A stretch of 64,000 nucleotides of DNA. Origin: Schizochytrium sp. TIO01 (lineage: Eukaryota; Protista; Bigyra: Labyrinthulomycetes). Positions 51,973-64,000 of the stretch are shown here, one piece after another (position 1 is the first letter of the stretch; each line of letters starts with the position of its first letter). The DNA lies in assembly GCA_004764695.1 (NCBI GenBank), contig SMSO01000034.1, forward strand, positions 3,224,001 through 3,288,000, given 5' to 3'. Below the pieces are notes generated by a model. It was not told where the DNA came from. It made no database searches and was given only the letters and a program-made list of their open reading frames with translations. The position numbers and the translations under genes are program-made.

Positions 51973-54900
51973 GTTGCCCTTTCTTTGCTTTGTATTACTC
52001 CTATAATGTAAACGCGCTTATGGTCTGCTCAAACTCTTGAACTTCTCTTCGCAAGTAGATCTTCAGGAATTGACGTTTTGTTTTAGACTTAGAGAAGCAA
52101 AGATCAAATCCAATCAGTGACCACCGTGACCAGTCAATTTGCAGAATATCTTCGAGCTAATGACTATGAGGAAGTGGATTGCCTTGGCTTGTCAGGCAGG
52201 ACAGCTGTTTGGTCTGTGTTTTCCTTTTTTTTTAAAGTGGATAGGTTACTATGATTGAGGATCAGATGGATAAGCAGAAGTCTCGTGCACGACACCTCAC
52301 AGTCACCGGTACGTCAATAAGGGGTCGTACGTTTCACAGATTCCAGACGAAGTGATATAATATAACCAATGGTATGAATATTGTCGATTTCCTTTTGCGC
52401 TGATCAGAATTTTTAAAGTATGAACGACCAAGCCTCAATCTTATTCCTGAGTTTGTTTTCTGTGTCTTATTTACCAATACTATATTTCCTACTTACACAG
52501 GATTCAGGTCGTGTCCAAACTAGGAGTTGAGCGCCCGTGATGGATGGATCACACTACCTAAGGAGTCCAATTTGCTAGGTTTACTTGCTTGATGCGATCA
52601 CGTCGACTCTTAAAGCTTGGGTTGACTCCTAAAGATCTAACGTATAGCGCAATCACCTCTTGCTGTGCTAGCATTAGCAGTGTGCCCCACCCAGCCAGTA
52701 TTCGTTTGCTTGCTCTCCTGCTTGTTTCCTTTTGCCTATACTTTTCGCTGCTTGGGAACGAGAACGAGAACTTTAGCTGATCAAAGCACGTCAAACTACA
52801 GCTGAGCCTGAGGCTTCGAAGAGGGGTTGAGCTCACTTTCGAGCGGGAGGTTCGCTTTTGCGGTCGATGCGCAAGCTTGCTTCCCTCCCCTCCAAGAAGC
52901 CAGCCGCAGAGTCGGCCTCGCCAAGCTATACGGTCTGCCGTCGGTCCCCGCTTGCTCTAGTACTTTCTCTTCGCAGTTATACTGCCCAGCGCAATCCATT
53001 AGTCAATCTCAGTTCTTGGTGGACGAGTGTAACACGTTTTGATCATGAAAACCCTTCTTTATCTACTGCTGCACTACTACCAACTACTAACACTCGCTAC
53101 CACCTCTTACCTCGTAACAGTTATAATTTGAGGAACTCCACTTCTCCAGGTCTTTCAAAGAAAGACACTCCACATTCCTTTCCCTCTCCTCCACTGGGGC
53201 GAAACCGACTTTTTTGCAGAGGGGACGCATGGAACATGTAAGGGGATTACTAATGGATTATTTTAGAAATATGGGCTGGGTACCAATAATCAATCATCAA
53301 TGAAGTCTTGTGAATAGCTGAGAAGTTGTGCAAAGTAACCCCCTTCGCACTTGGTGGGAGAAAAGGGGACTATTTACGAATAAAGAGGCCTATCGCACAT
53401 TTGGGAGCTTGAAACCGCAGCGCGTGCGGGTAACAATAATTTCGAGTTGAAGCATGATGATATTCCTCGCTCATTCTCGATCTCTGTGTTTGTCGGTTTG
53501 TATGGAGAGAGAGGAATCGGATTAGTGGGCCAAGCTTCAATCCAGCTGCGTTGCTCACTTATATTTGGCTTTTATTGTTATCAGCGTTGATAATGTGCGG
53601 CTACCTGATACTTTTATGCTGGGGCTATAAACTGTCAGACCATGCTCGGCGTCTTCGCCTCAACACTGCTTCGTGCATGTTCAGGTTTGTATACATGTCT
53701 AATTGACTGTTGGAATGTGATACAAGTGATTGTGAGGCGGTTGCACAAGCCTTCGAGAGGCTGAGAGCAAGACTGACGGGATCCGGAAATTTGTAACGAT
53801 ACCAAATGAGAAGAAATGTGCTGAGCAGGAAAGTTTTCGAATACTTTTGGGAAGAAGCGAGCCCAAGGAAGACATCCCTTGCTGTCCACTCTGAGTGGGT
53901 GCGACAACAGGTATGTATGGGAGGTGCTTGTATAGTTCAGACATTTTTTCTTTTGCAGTCGCTGCCTGTCCGTGTAGGTACCTTTGTCTGCCCACGGACA
54001 GCAGAACTTCTCTCAAAGTCGTGCCAAAAACTATTCCTGGGCCGGCTGCCTGAGAGTTGCTCTTGGGGAGGTGGTGGTCAAAATCTTTAGGAGAGCTAGT
54101 TTACGATTGATAAGGTGTATGGCAAGCGTATTAGTAAAGTTGGAGGTTTTAATTCTGGAGACGAGATTTCCCAAGTGCGAAAGTTTCGAAATATGTACTA
54201 CATATCTAAGCTCCTGAGAGCTGGCACTCTGTTGAAAGGAAGGGAAGAAGGGAAATCATCCTCACCTAAAAAGTTTTTTGTTTTGTTTTTCGCAGTATAA
54301 TCCAAGACCAAAATTCTCTATGAATCGATCGAGCACCTCTTATTGAAACGGAGTAAATATTCGCCTATCCACAGCACTTGAAATCAATCTTGTCTCATGT
54401 AAAGTCACAATCTTAATTTGATATTTAAGTGGCAACGCAAATCTTTCGTTCATTATAATAGACGAATATTCGTACATCAAAGATGTATATGCACATGTCT
54501 TTGTCTTTGTGGATTTTCAACAGTCGAGATTCAAAGAATGACAGAACAAATAGGTAAAAATGTGCCATCTTCTAAACCTACTCATCCTGCTAGAAGCCTT
54601 CAGTGTCTTGAAAGGAAGGTAACTAGGTAGTAGTACCTCTTACACGACGATATGAATTGGTGCACACCCACAACGAGCCGGCGGCCATTTGGTTCTATAA
54701 TGCTAATAATAAAACTTGAAGGAGAAGAAGTAGGTACGCACGTGCGTGATGGTTATATTGTTGTTGACAACCAACAATGAGCGAAGCTGGTTTTTTCGAA
54801 CGTGGGATGATATCTATCCTTAAGCGAAAAGCACTAAGCAACTAAAATCGTACTACAGTTTTTCCTAAGTGACTTCAATTTACATTTATAAGCAGACATC

Positions 54901-55214
54901 CAGAATTTACAATTTTGCAAGTCCCCCAAAAATAAGCTCGATAGTCCCGCCACTCTCTTTCAAGGTCCTTGCAAGTCGCCTCGCCCAAAGGCCGAGACGC
55001 CGCGACACTTGAGTCCTTCGTGAGCGAACCTAGGTGGCCGTAGTCCTCGGACTCACTGACGTCCGGTTGCTTTTTGATACTTTCGTGCACGTGCTGCGCT
55101 CACCCTTGCAAGCATCAGCTTCAAGGTGCTGCAAAAGAAGGGCGCATAAACCAAAACTTCTTTGCAATCCTTTGTCTAGATGCCCTTGCGTTGCACAAGG
55201 GCTACCAGAGCAAT

Positions 55215-56759
55215 ATGAGGCTGCCGTGGATTAAGCGTGGAGTCTCTGAGGACGCAAAAGTTGAGGAGGTTGGCGATGTAGACGGCTCCCGGAGTGTAGG
55301 AAGTGATAAGAGCAGCAGTGGTGAGATAAGACTGAGCAGCTCTCACCTTGTAGCCATAAGTGATACTCCAGAGGATGCTCGGGACGACAGCCACATGACA
55401 TCGGCATGGGGGTCGGCGCGCAGCCTTATCAATGCTGCTGTGAGCGGAGGCGTGCTAGCCCTCTCCTACCAAATTCCGCGAGCTGGATTTGGGCTCGTGA
55501 CGATTCTGATGTTCATTTCAGCGTTTTTATTATATGAGTCCCTTATGATGCTATACAAGACATCGCTCTTGCTTCGAGTGAGCTCGTACACGGGAGCAGT
55601 GCGAAAGCTTTGGGGCCGTAATGCTGAGCGTGGAGTCACTCTCTCTCTGGCCCTGGGTCAGTTTGGTATTCTCGTTGGCTATGCTAACGTATTGCGTGAT
55701 ACCTTGCCGTGGGTAATTCAGTACAACTCCTTTGGATGTGTAGACGGCGACGATAGCTGCGATCTGCCCGTGTATGTGCGCAGTTGGTTTTTGATCATGC
55801 TCATTATGATTGTTTTCATTGCCCCCCTCAGCTTGCGAAGTGATCCGGACCTATTCGCCAATATTTCATTTACTACGTTCATTCATTTTGGGGCTTTTTT
55901 AATCCTGGTTTGCTATGGAGCAGCAACGTATTATGTAAGTAACCTGAGTGAGTCTGCCGTGTATACGCGTGAAGAGGCGATAGCCGAGGGATTGCCCATT
56001 GCGCCGAGTGTTTATCCAAAAGAATCAAGTGGCGCCCCGGCACCGTTTATTTTTAGCGAAGAGGCCATTCTCGTACTTGCAATTCTAGCGTTTGCTATGG
56101 AAGCCCATACTACTGGCCTCGAGGTATTGTATGGAACACGTATGCGCAAAGAGAACTTCCGCGAAGGAGAGTCCGAGGATGAGCACAAGGTTCGAATCAC
56201 ATCATATGTTGTTGCTGGATCGTTCGCTGCCGTCTTTGTTTACTATTTGATAATCATGCTTGGTGCGTACATGGCCTTTGGACCCAAGGTCAAGGACAAT
56301 TCGCTGAACTCGTTTCCAAGTTCTGATGTTTTTGCGCAGGTCATTCGCTGTACGTACACGTTTGAGTTAGGGACTTCTGTCCCGATTTACGCATATGCAA
56401 TGAGGCGTGATCTCACAGCTACGATTTTCAATATCCAAGGGGGGCAATCTGATATTGATAAGGCTGAGAAGGAGAACCCGATCCGAACTGTGAGCATTAC
56501 TCTTGCAATTTTATTCTTTTCGACATTGTTGGGCATCCTAGGTTCTCTTTCTCTAATTTTGGGGCTCACAGGCGCCCTGGTGACTTCTCTCAACACCTAT
56601 GTTTATCCTTCCATGTTGTTTTACACATTTTGCAAACGCCAAGGTCAAACGTTGGGATGGGAATTCAAGGCTTCGATTGCTTTGGCATGTTTTGGTGTCA
56701 TCGTTTGTGTCATAGCGTTGTATTCCCAAATCAAACTTATTGTTACTGGTGATGAGTAA
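55215..56759 (+). CDS. Amino-acid transporter, AAAP/SLC38-AVT type, ~11 TM (514 aa)
   Basis: SAWGSARSLINAAVSGGVLALSY, AILAFAMEAH, GAYMAFG and GLTGA...YVYPSMLF, with many hydrophobic segments. First ATG at 55215. Confidence 0.9.
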   Translation: MRLPWIKRGVSEDAKVEEVGDVDGSRSVGSDKSSSGEIRLSSSHLVAISDTPEDARDDSHMTSAWGSARSLINAAVSGGVLALSYQIPRAGFGLVTILMFISAFLLYESLMMLYKTSLLLRVSSYTGAVRKLWGRNAERGVTLSLALGQFGILVGYANVLRDTLPWVIQYNSFGCVDGDDSCDLPVYVRSWFLIMLIMIVFIAPLSLRSDPDLFANISFTTFIHFGAFLILVCYGAATYYVSNLSESAVYTREEAIAEGLPIAPSVYPKESSGAPAPFIFSEEAILVLAILAFAMEAHTTGLEVLYGTRMRKENFREGESEDEHKVRITSYVVAGSFAAVFVYYLIIMLGAYMAFGPKVKDNSLNSFPSSDVFAQVIRCTYTFELGTSVPIYAYAMRRDLTATIFNIQGGQSDIDKAEKENPIRTVSITLAILFFSTLLGILGSLSLILGLTGALVTSLNTYVYPSMLFYTFCKRQGQTLGWEFKASIALACFGVIVCVIALYSQIKLIVTGDE

Positions 56760-58280
56760 CTTAATAGAGATCGGCATCAATTTGAACATAATAAAAATCT
56801 TTACTGCGATCAAAACATGCATGTCTTGCCAAGCTTGCGTCCTTTTCTTCATTTTTTTTTTTTTTTTTTAAGGAGCAAAGAAACACAAGTAAGAAAATAT
56901 CAAACATTCACGGAGTGGAACTAAGTACTTATACTGGTTCAGGGTTCACCAAAATACAGTCAAGTGTACCAAGTACGCAGGTGCGATGCGTCATCACTTG
57001 GGTTATCGAATTTCTTTTTGTTTAAGCTTTTCATTTTATTAATTTTGATAATAGTGAAAAACATTCTTTCAATTTAAAGTAAAGATCTACAAGGAATTGT
57101 CAGCTGAAGAAGATCATCATGTTGGTGTCATTTTGACTTAAGATTTTATAGTTAGTAGATCGCAATTTAACAGGGTAGTAGCAGATCGCATTCGTTTCAA
57201 AAGTATCGAAGCAATTGCTTATAGCATCACATAAACATGTTCCAAAAGCTTAATAGAAAAAAGAATCTAATATATATTTTTATATGATGTGATGTGTGAT
57301 ATAAGGAGAGTAAAAAAGAGAAAAGCAAAAGTGAAGACTGGATTGGAGTTGAAAGAAACTGCGCTGCGGATGCACCTTTCGTGCTTGTCACCACTTTGGA
57401 TAAACAAGGCCTCCAGGATACAGCAGTTGCAACTTGCAACTTGTGAAGAGTTTAGATTGAGACTGTGATTGAGATTTATAATTCTGTCCCGCTGCCCTTT
57501 CCAGCATTTGCAAGCTTCGAGTAGGATGATTTTCTTCTTTGTTTTAGTTCAGGGCTAAGAATGCGACGCCTGTAAAGCCGAATTGCAAATGCTGACGACC
57601 AATGAATTTGTGTCAATTTATCAACCTTGTTGTTGGTGGAGACGAATTGCCATCATTCTTCATCCTCTCACCTCGTATGCGACCCAATTCGAGCTTGCTT
57701 TCTTTTCTTCTTTCTTTTAAAAATTAGTCCCGCAACTGCGCTTCTTCGCACAGGTCGAGGCCGACTCAGGGCCCTTTTTGCGTGCACAAGATCTGCAGGA
57801 CCTGCAGACGTTGCGAATGCTCCTTCATAGCGCTCTTGTGTCTTTGATTATCAATGTCATGCGTGTCATTATCCTCGCAGCGTCATCATCTTTCACTGAG
57901 GCTCCATGATGTAGGCACCTCACAGCATTGCCTCCTCGTTTAAGACTTTATAGGCAGGCAGGCAGGCTCCCATACTTTAGGCGAAGAAGACGTTCTCAAC
58001 CGCAGAAGTCCCAAGCACACCTTTTGCAGTTTCGACGTGCGTCACGATCTCGATCTTCTTCAAGAGCCCTTCGGCACCATCGCAGTTCGTGATCCATCCA
58101 CGGTGCAAACAACAGCAGACGCCTCTACAATCAACCATACACTCGCTGGCCATTCGGAATGGCGGCGCCACCGTCGGTGCCATCTTCGCCACGAGTCGGC
58201 TTGGATTCACGACGGAAACAGAATCCGTCTTTCGAGACGATGACGACGACAATTTATCCAGAAGCTAATAAGAGCTTCAT

Positions 58281-58281
58281 G

Positions 58282-58319
<38 letters not shown>
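58281..58319. repeat. (GATA)n microsatellite
   Basis: Directly visible. Confidence 0.97.
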
Positions 58320-58405
58320 GCACCAGTGCTACTGCTACTACATACTACGTGGGGTTTCTATACTCCAAATAAATCAAGGAGGGGTTATTGTTTAACTTTC
58401 ATTAT

Positions 58406-58406
<1 letters not shown>

Positions 58407-58452
<46 letters not shown>

Positions 58453-58480
58453 GCAAGTAAGTGAGTAAGTAAGTAAGTAA
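58407..58480. repeat. (AAT)n followed by (AAGT)n microsatellites
   Basis: Directly visible. Confidence 0.95.
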
Positions 58481-58796
58481 ATAAGGAGATAAAAATGAAA
58501 CGAATCTCACGATCGATGAGGTAACAAGATAGGTCCTGGTACTAGTAGAGTACTAAAGATCCAGGTTGGTTGGTTCATTTTGTTTTGTTTTGTTTTATCT
58601 TATTTTAACTATCTTATTAAATAATATTATCTTATTTTAAATATAGATATATACATTATTATTTTAAAGATATTTTAAACTTTTAATTTAAGAAAAAGGA
58701 CGTTCTGAATATGGAGTAGAGTAGATATGCATTAGTGATATAACACACTAATTAAAACTAAAATAAGCAGACAGCACAGAGGGACGACAGAGCGCA

Positions 58797-58864
58797 GAAG
58801 GAAGGAAGGAAGGAAGGAAGGAAGGAAGGAAAGAGGGAAGGAAAGAGGGAAGGAAAGAGAAGAG
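58797..58864. repeat. (GGAA)n polypurine tract
   Basis: Directly visible. Confidence 0.95.
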
Positions 58865-61800
58865 TATTTTAGACAAAAGTTTCATTTAATGAAAGAGGAC
58901 AAAGGCTCAGTTCCAACTTCTTCCTCGGCAAGTTCTTCAACTCGATAAAAATGAATGCACAATCAAACCATCGCCATCCACGCAGGTCTCTCTCTCTACA
59001 GTTCCGTGCCTCCACTCAGCTGTGCGAACTCTGCAAATTCTGCAGGCTCGACTGCTTAATTACCGAATACCCGACGCTAAAAATCAGGATGAAAATGAAT
59101 GAGGAGGTGAAATGTGGAATATACATACATACCTTCGTAAAACCTTCTCTTTTCGCTTTTAAAATTCCCTTCTTCGCTATCTTCGTGCTTGCGCAACCAT
59201 TTCGATTGGTCCATTATTCAATCTAATTCGCCAAATTGGGCATTGGCGATCCTCGATTCCTCCGTGCTACTGGAAAGACCAGGTTCCTCAAGACGACGCG
59301 CGTATGGAGTGCTTGCGTCTGCACACCCGACTGAAAAGGTATAAGAAGGTTGGCGTCAGCATGACCTATTCTGACTTCGAACCTCCGATAGAGGCGCGAG
59401 AGGATTGGGATTACACCGGATCTGCAGCGCTGTCAACTTGAAGAAGGCAACTTGCGATCAACGTTTGTGCGAAGGCAGCAACGATGATCGAAAGCTCGCT
59501 AGTTTGAGAGAGATTATCGCTAACCTTCGCCAACCATCATCGCAAGCTGCGCACATTTAATTTCCACGGGACGGGCTCGAGGAAATCTTGACAAAGCGCA
59601 GGCTCGAGGACTAAGGTGGTGAGAGTGGGCCACGGGTTGGTTTATTTGATTCCGTGGGAACGATCGAAGCCACTCAAAGAGTGAAACGCTCAGCGCAGTC
59701 TTGGGATCTGTTTCTTTGTTATCGCCCATTGCATCCCTGCACGTGTGCTGTGGTTATGCATCAGTCTGCATATAAATCGGCGTTAGCATTCTTTTCAGCG
59801 CATTGCAAGATACCACCGCCTTCAGTGCAGAACTTCGACTTCGAGTTTGGCCCATTAGCAGTGTAGCAGGCCTACCATGACGCGCAGAGCAGAAGCTTTT
59901 CAGAACTTCGAGTAAGTTGCTTCTTCTCGTCACGAATGTTAGTTTCTGCCTCTACATAAATATAAAACCCGAAAGCCAATCTCGGCATTCGAGGTATCGC
60001 ACACTCGAGTCAGTCCTGCCTTTGTCATGATTCATCGACTATGAATCATCAATCATCGTACGCACGCAATTGATGGCGGTGCAAGCTCAAGCTACCTACG
60101 TTCTGGGCAGACGCATTTCGAGAGGCCGAATGGAATTGCTTCCTCGATAAGCGACGCAGCACCTGCAATTCACGCTATTTCCATATCCTCTTTTCAAAGG
60201 CCCACAGGGATATATCTATATCTATATCTGTAAATTCATTGAGTTCGAGATGAGATCACGCATGAATCTTCTGATGATTGGAGCCATCGAATACTTCGCG
60301 CCGTGGCCTGCCAGCTGGCTGCGTTGAACCTCATTGGTGAGAATGAGGTGCCTGAGCGGCTTGCTGGCGTCTTCATCATTGAACTTCATCATTGAAGCCA
60401 TCCATCCACCACGCGACTGAGCAAGTGACTTGGAACGAGTGAGATGATGGTAAGTTCAAGAAGCCTTCGAAGGCCAACGAATCAAAGGCTATGAACAAGT
60501 CCAAAATCCTCTCCACCATAGAGAAGCGATGGTGCTCAATGGTGGCATACGCGACGTCATCACTCGAGCATGCTACAAACACAGTCCCTGCCTACCCCCC
60601 TTTTCGTTCCTCCCCGTTCCGTACTTCCAGTCTACCGAAGGGGTCTGTCTGGACTTCATTGCGCCGTTGCATAGGATGGTGTCATGATGTACCCCTCAAG
60701 CATCGTCAACTCCTCATACTCAGCACCACAGTGATCGGACGTAACGGGGGGTATAGGCAAAGATACCGTTCTTTCCATCTCTTCACACATGTTCTTCTTC
60801 CACCCTGTCCCTTTTTTTTTTCTTTTTTTTTTAAATTCTTTATTTCTTTATTTCTTTATTTCTTTATTCGTTATTACTTTTGGCCACGCTGATGAATCTT
60901 AGTGTTTAATGTATAAGCCAGCAACTAGCTCTATTTCCCTTTTCAGATGGTGTTTATTTAAAAATTATATAATCAACATGGATAATATGTTGTGTTTAAA
61001 AGCGCTTTTTTTTTTCACATTAAAAGGAATACGAATTCTTGATTAAAAAAAAAAAAATGTATTTTAACTGTAATTAATTAATTATTTAAAAATGAATCGA
61101 GCAATCATTTTCCGGAATAACTTGCGCGATACTGACCTGAAGCTGAGTGTCTTCAAACCTAAGACGCCAATTCGTTCACCTGTTTTATTCTATACCAGGG
61201 CCGAACTATCAGAAGGATCTCCACAGACACCTCAAGACTGCCGCAGAGTTTTTTTCCCTCTCGTCCCTCTTTTCTCCTTCTGTGACTTGGCCCATTCTAT
61301 TCTCCTCGTGTAGGACGCGTCGCGTCCCATGACAGTTCATATATTCTCTCTTCCTCCCACTTCATCACCACTCCTTTTTCATTTATTTTAATTCTTATAA
61401 CTAAAAATAGCCTTCTGACTTTTAGTTGAAAACAAATTAAATTGTTTATTTGTTGTTGTTTATAATAATGAAAATAATAATAATTATTTAAAAAAAAACT
61501 TTAAAAAAAAAACTTTCCATCTCGAAAAATCTAAAGATCTGATGATAATCAAAGATAAGGCTGACACGTAAGAATTAGGTAACCAATTGCCACTGAAGCC
61601 TCTGCCAGAATGGCGCCTACCTACCATGATTATGCAGTCACGTCACCACCAAATATTAGCCATAGGACTTTCTCTCCCTGGTAAAAGTAAATTAAAAAAA
61701 TACTACGACTAATAATAAACATACGATAAATGTAATTTTCAATAAATAAAAGAGAGCCACGCCGCACACTGTAGTCGAGGTACCAAGGTATTTCAAGATA

Positions 61801-64000
61801 GACGGATTGCTCAACAAACTGAGTTGAGTCACCTTCACGACGACCTTTCTCCTCTCCGCATTCTTCTCTGCGTATCTCTCCATCTCTCTCTCTCTCTCTC
61901 TCCTCTTAGTTTGATGTATATCCGCATTGACTTACTCCCACAACGGCGTAAAGTAGAGCAAGAGCACTGATCACCTCTATGTACAATATACCTCCTACTA
62001 CAAGTGAACAACTCAATCAGGAGCAGGCCATGGCCCACGTATGGAGGAACTTGGGTCTTGAGCCCCGTCGAAGCAGGCCAGCGCTGCGACTTTGGCCCGA
62101 AGAAGGCTCGGGCCTGGGCGTAACAGGGGCGACGCCAGGGCCTGCGAGCGGGCCTTTAGTCTCTGCGGTAGTCTCCGCGGAAGTCAGGCGAGATCTGCGG
62201 TAAAATGAACGCAGCAACCAAGAGCTCAGCTGCCCATCCCGAATGAGGACGACTGCGGCAGCGCGGCGGCCTCGCTCTCCGAGCGCTGCCTGCGAAGGAA
62301 GGCACGATCCGGACAGCGCGTGCGTGGCGGGGGCCTCGTGGCGGAACCGGTGCCCAGGTTGGACTTGCTTGGAGCAGAAGATGGTTTCCATCCCCTCGAA
62401 ACCTGGCCTTGCTTGTATTGTCCACAGCGCTCCCAAAATGGCCATTTGCTATTACGATGAAAGCCTCTTGAGCGCCAAGACTTCGCCAAGACGTCGGCGG
62501 CGATTGCGGATGCGGGACACAAAGCATGAACACGAACACGAACAGGAGCAGGGGCAGGGGCAGGAGCAGACAGAAGGAGGGGCGGGAAACCTCCTTCGAT
62601 CTCACTCGTTGAAGAGTCGTATTCCCTCTTGAAGATGATGGATGCACACACATGCGCACGGAGCTAGACCTCGAATCCCCGTGCTCGGATCGCGGTAGCT
62701 GCCTTCATTAATGAATATTTACACACGCTCCCGCAGTCACTCAAACAGGAGCGCAGCTGTGCTCTAGCACGCGCCCAAGAGGCCCTTCGCGGAACTCCTG
62801 CACGAGTTCGTAGCTGTCTACACAGGTTTCATCTCGAGATGATCGTCAATCCGCAGCTCTGCAATGGCAAGAACGACACAGCGGAGGCGCACACTCTTAG
62901 CTTTCTATTTACAATTTCTATAGTTTAAGGTAGGTAGGCGGCGAGGGTTGGGGGGCCATCTTGTGGTCGTTCCGAAGGATGTGGAATTTAGAAGCGAATG
63001 GATGAATGAATGAATGAGCGAAATGGATGTGGAGAAGACGCGCAAAGTAAAGTGAAGGGCGCAGCGCCGTCAGTTTGAGCAACTCGGGCCACTCAACATG
63101 AGTACGATCAGCCAACAGCAGCTGAGTGATTGAGAGGGTTAGTCAATGCAGCGCTTGCTGCCTTTTGTCAGTTCTAGCTCGTAGCATCTTACAGGCATGG
63201 TGATCGTCATCATGATGATTCGTTTTGTTATTTTAACCATCCCTCGAATTAGCTTATGAGCTGGACTTAGCAGCGATGAGCACTCGGCAATCAATCGATC
63301 GAAGGATGGATATCTATCGCCAATCGGACCTTAGCCACTGGTTCTCCGCTGCACCTGTGAGTCTTCAACAACAGCTCTCTCGCTCTTTTAGAGTACTTGC
63401 TTGCTTGCCTACTCGCCTCCTTTCGATAAAGCTGACATTATAAATCATCATGAAATGACGGAATAGGATTTATTCTTCCATTGAGTGGTCCACCGAAGGC
63501 CTTGCTTAATTGATTCCTGGTCCAAACGGATGATTGATCTCGCACCACCGTCATCACTATCAACGTTGTCGTCGTAGTTATCGATGATGATGGTGATGAT
63601 GATGATGATGATATTCATTACCAAAAGTGTTCTCCGAGTCTTACCTTTGGCTTTCCTCCCTTTTTCCAAACTATTTGTTTATCCAAGAAAGGTAACTAAC
63701 TATAAATCATCTTTTTAAAATATAATGAATGAAATGCCCCCACTTCACTTTGAGAGAGGAGTGCAAAATTAAATAAAATGAACAATAAACAGGAGAGTCA
63801 CTAGGTGACTCGATCTTTAACAAGTAAATAAATAAATAAGAGGTGAAGTTATGGAAAAATGCACCATGAACAGAAATCAGTAAAGAAACAAAACTTAGCA
63901 ATTCCCGCTGATGCGGAGTATTTCTCTCGAGGCTGTTCTTCAGGTTTCTCAAGTTGCTGCCTTGCTTCCGAATTCGGTGATTCCAGTAGGAAAGGACTGG

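Overview
Eukaryotic nuclear DNA, about 45% GC by eye. Genes are intron-poor and separated by microsatellite-rich spacers. The gene set and style suggest a heterotrophic stramenopile, probably a thraustochytrid (inference, not verified). Supported genes, in order: NCA2/DGS1-like protein (-), small C1orf109/AIRIM-like protein (+), HAT3.1/PRH-type PHD protein with no homeodomain (+), Rab1 (-, one intron), Ubc7/UBE2G-type E2 (+), bacterial SohB-type S49 peptidase (+), CPT1 (+), a minimal DNAJC11-like J-protein (+, two introns), two overlapping giant minus-strand ORFs, a kinesin-13-like motor (+), a PIP kinase with an inserted PX domain (-) and an SLC38/AVT-type amino-acid transporter (+). The most striking locus is 32168-41816 (-). 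There an acidic 1390-aa ORF overlaps, by 77 nt and in the +1 frame, an ORF encoding EF-hands, a C2 domain, a coiled coil, a catalytically dead kinesin-fold domain and more EF-hands. The two are probably one ~3200-aa protein joined by a 55-nt intron, a frameshift or a homopolymer error. No rRNA, tRNA, CRISPR array or intact transposon was recognised. Family assignments rest on motifs recalled from memory; no database search was run.
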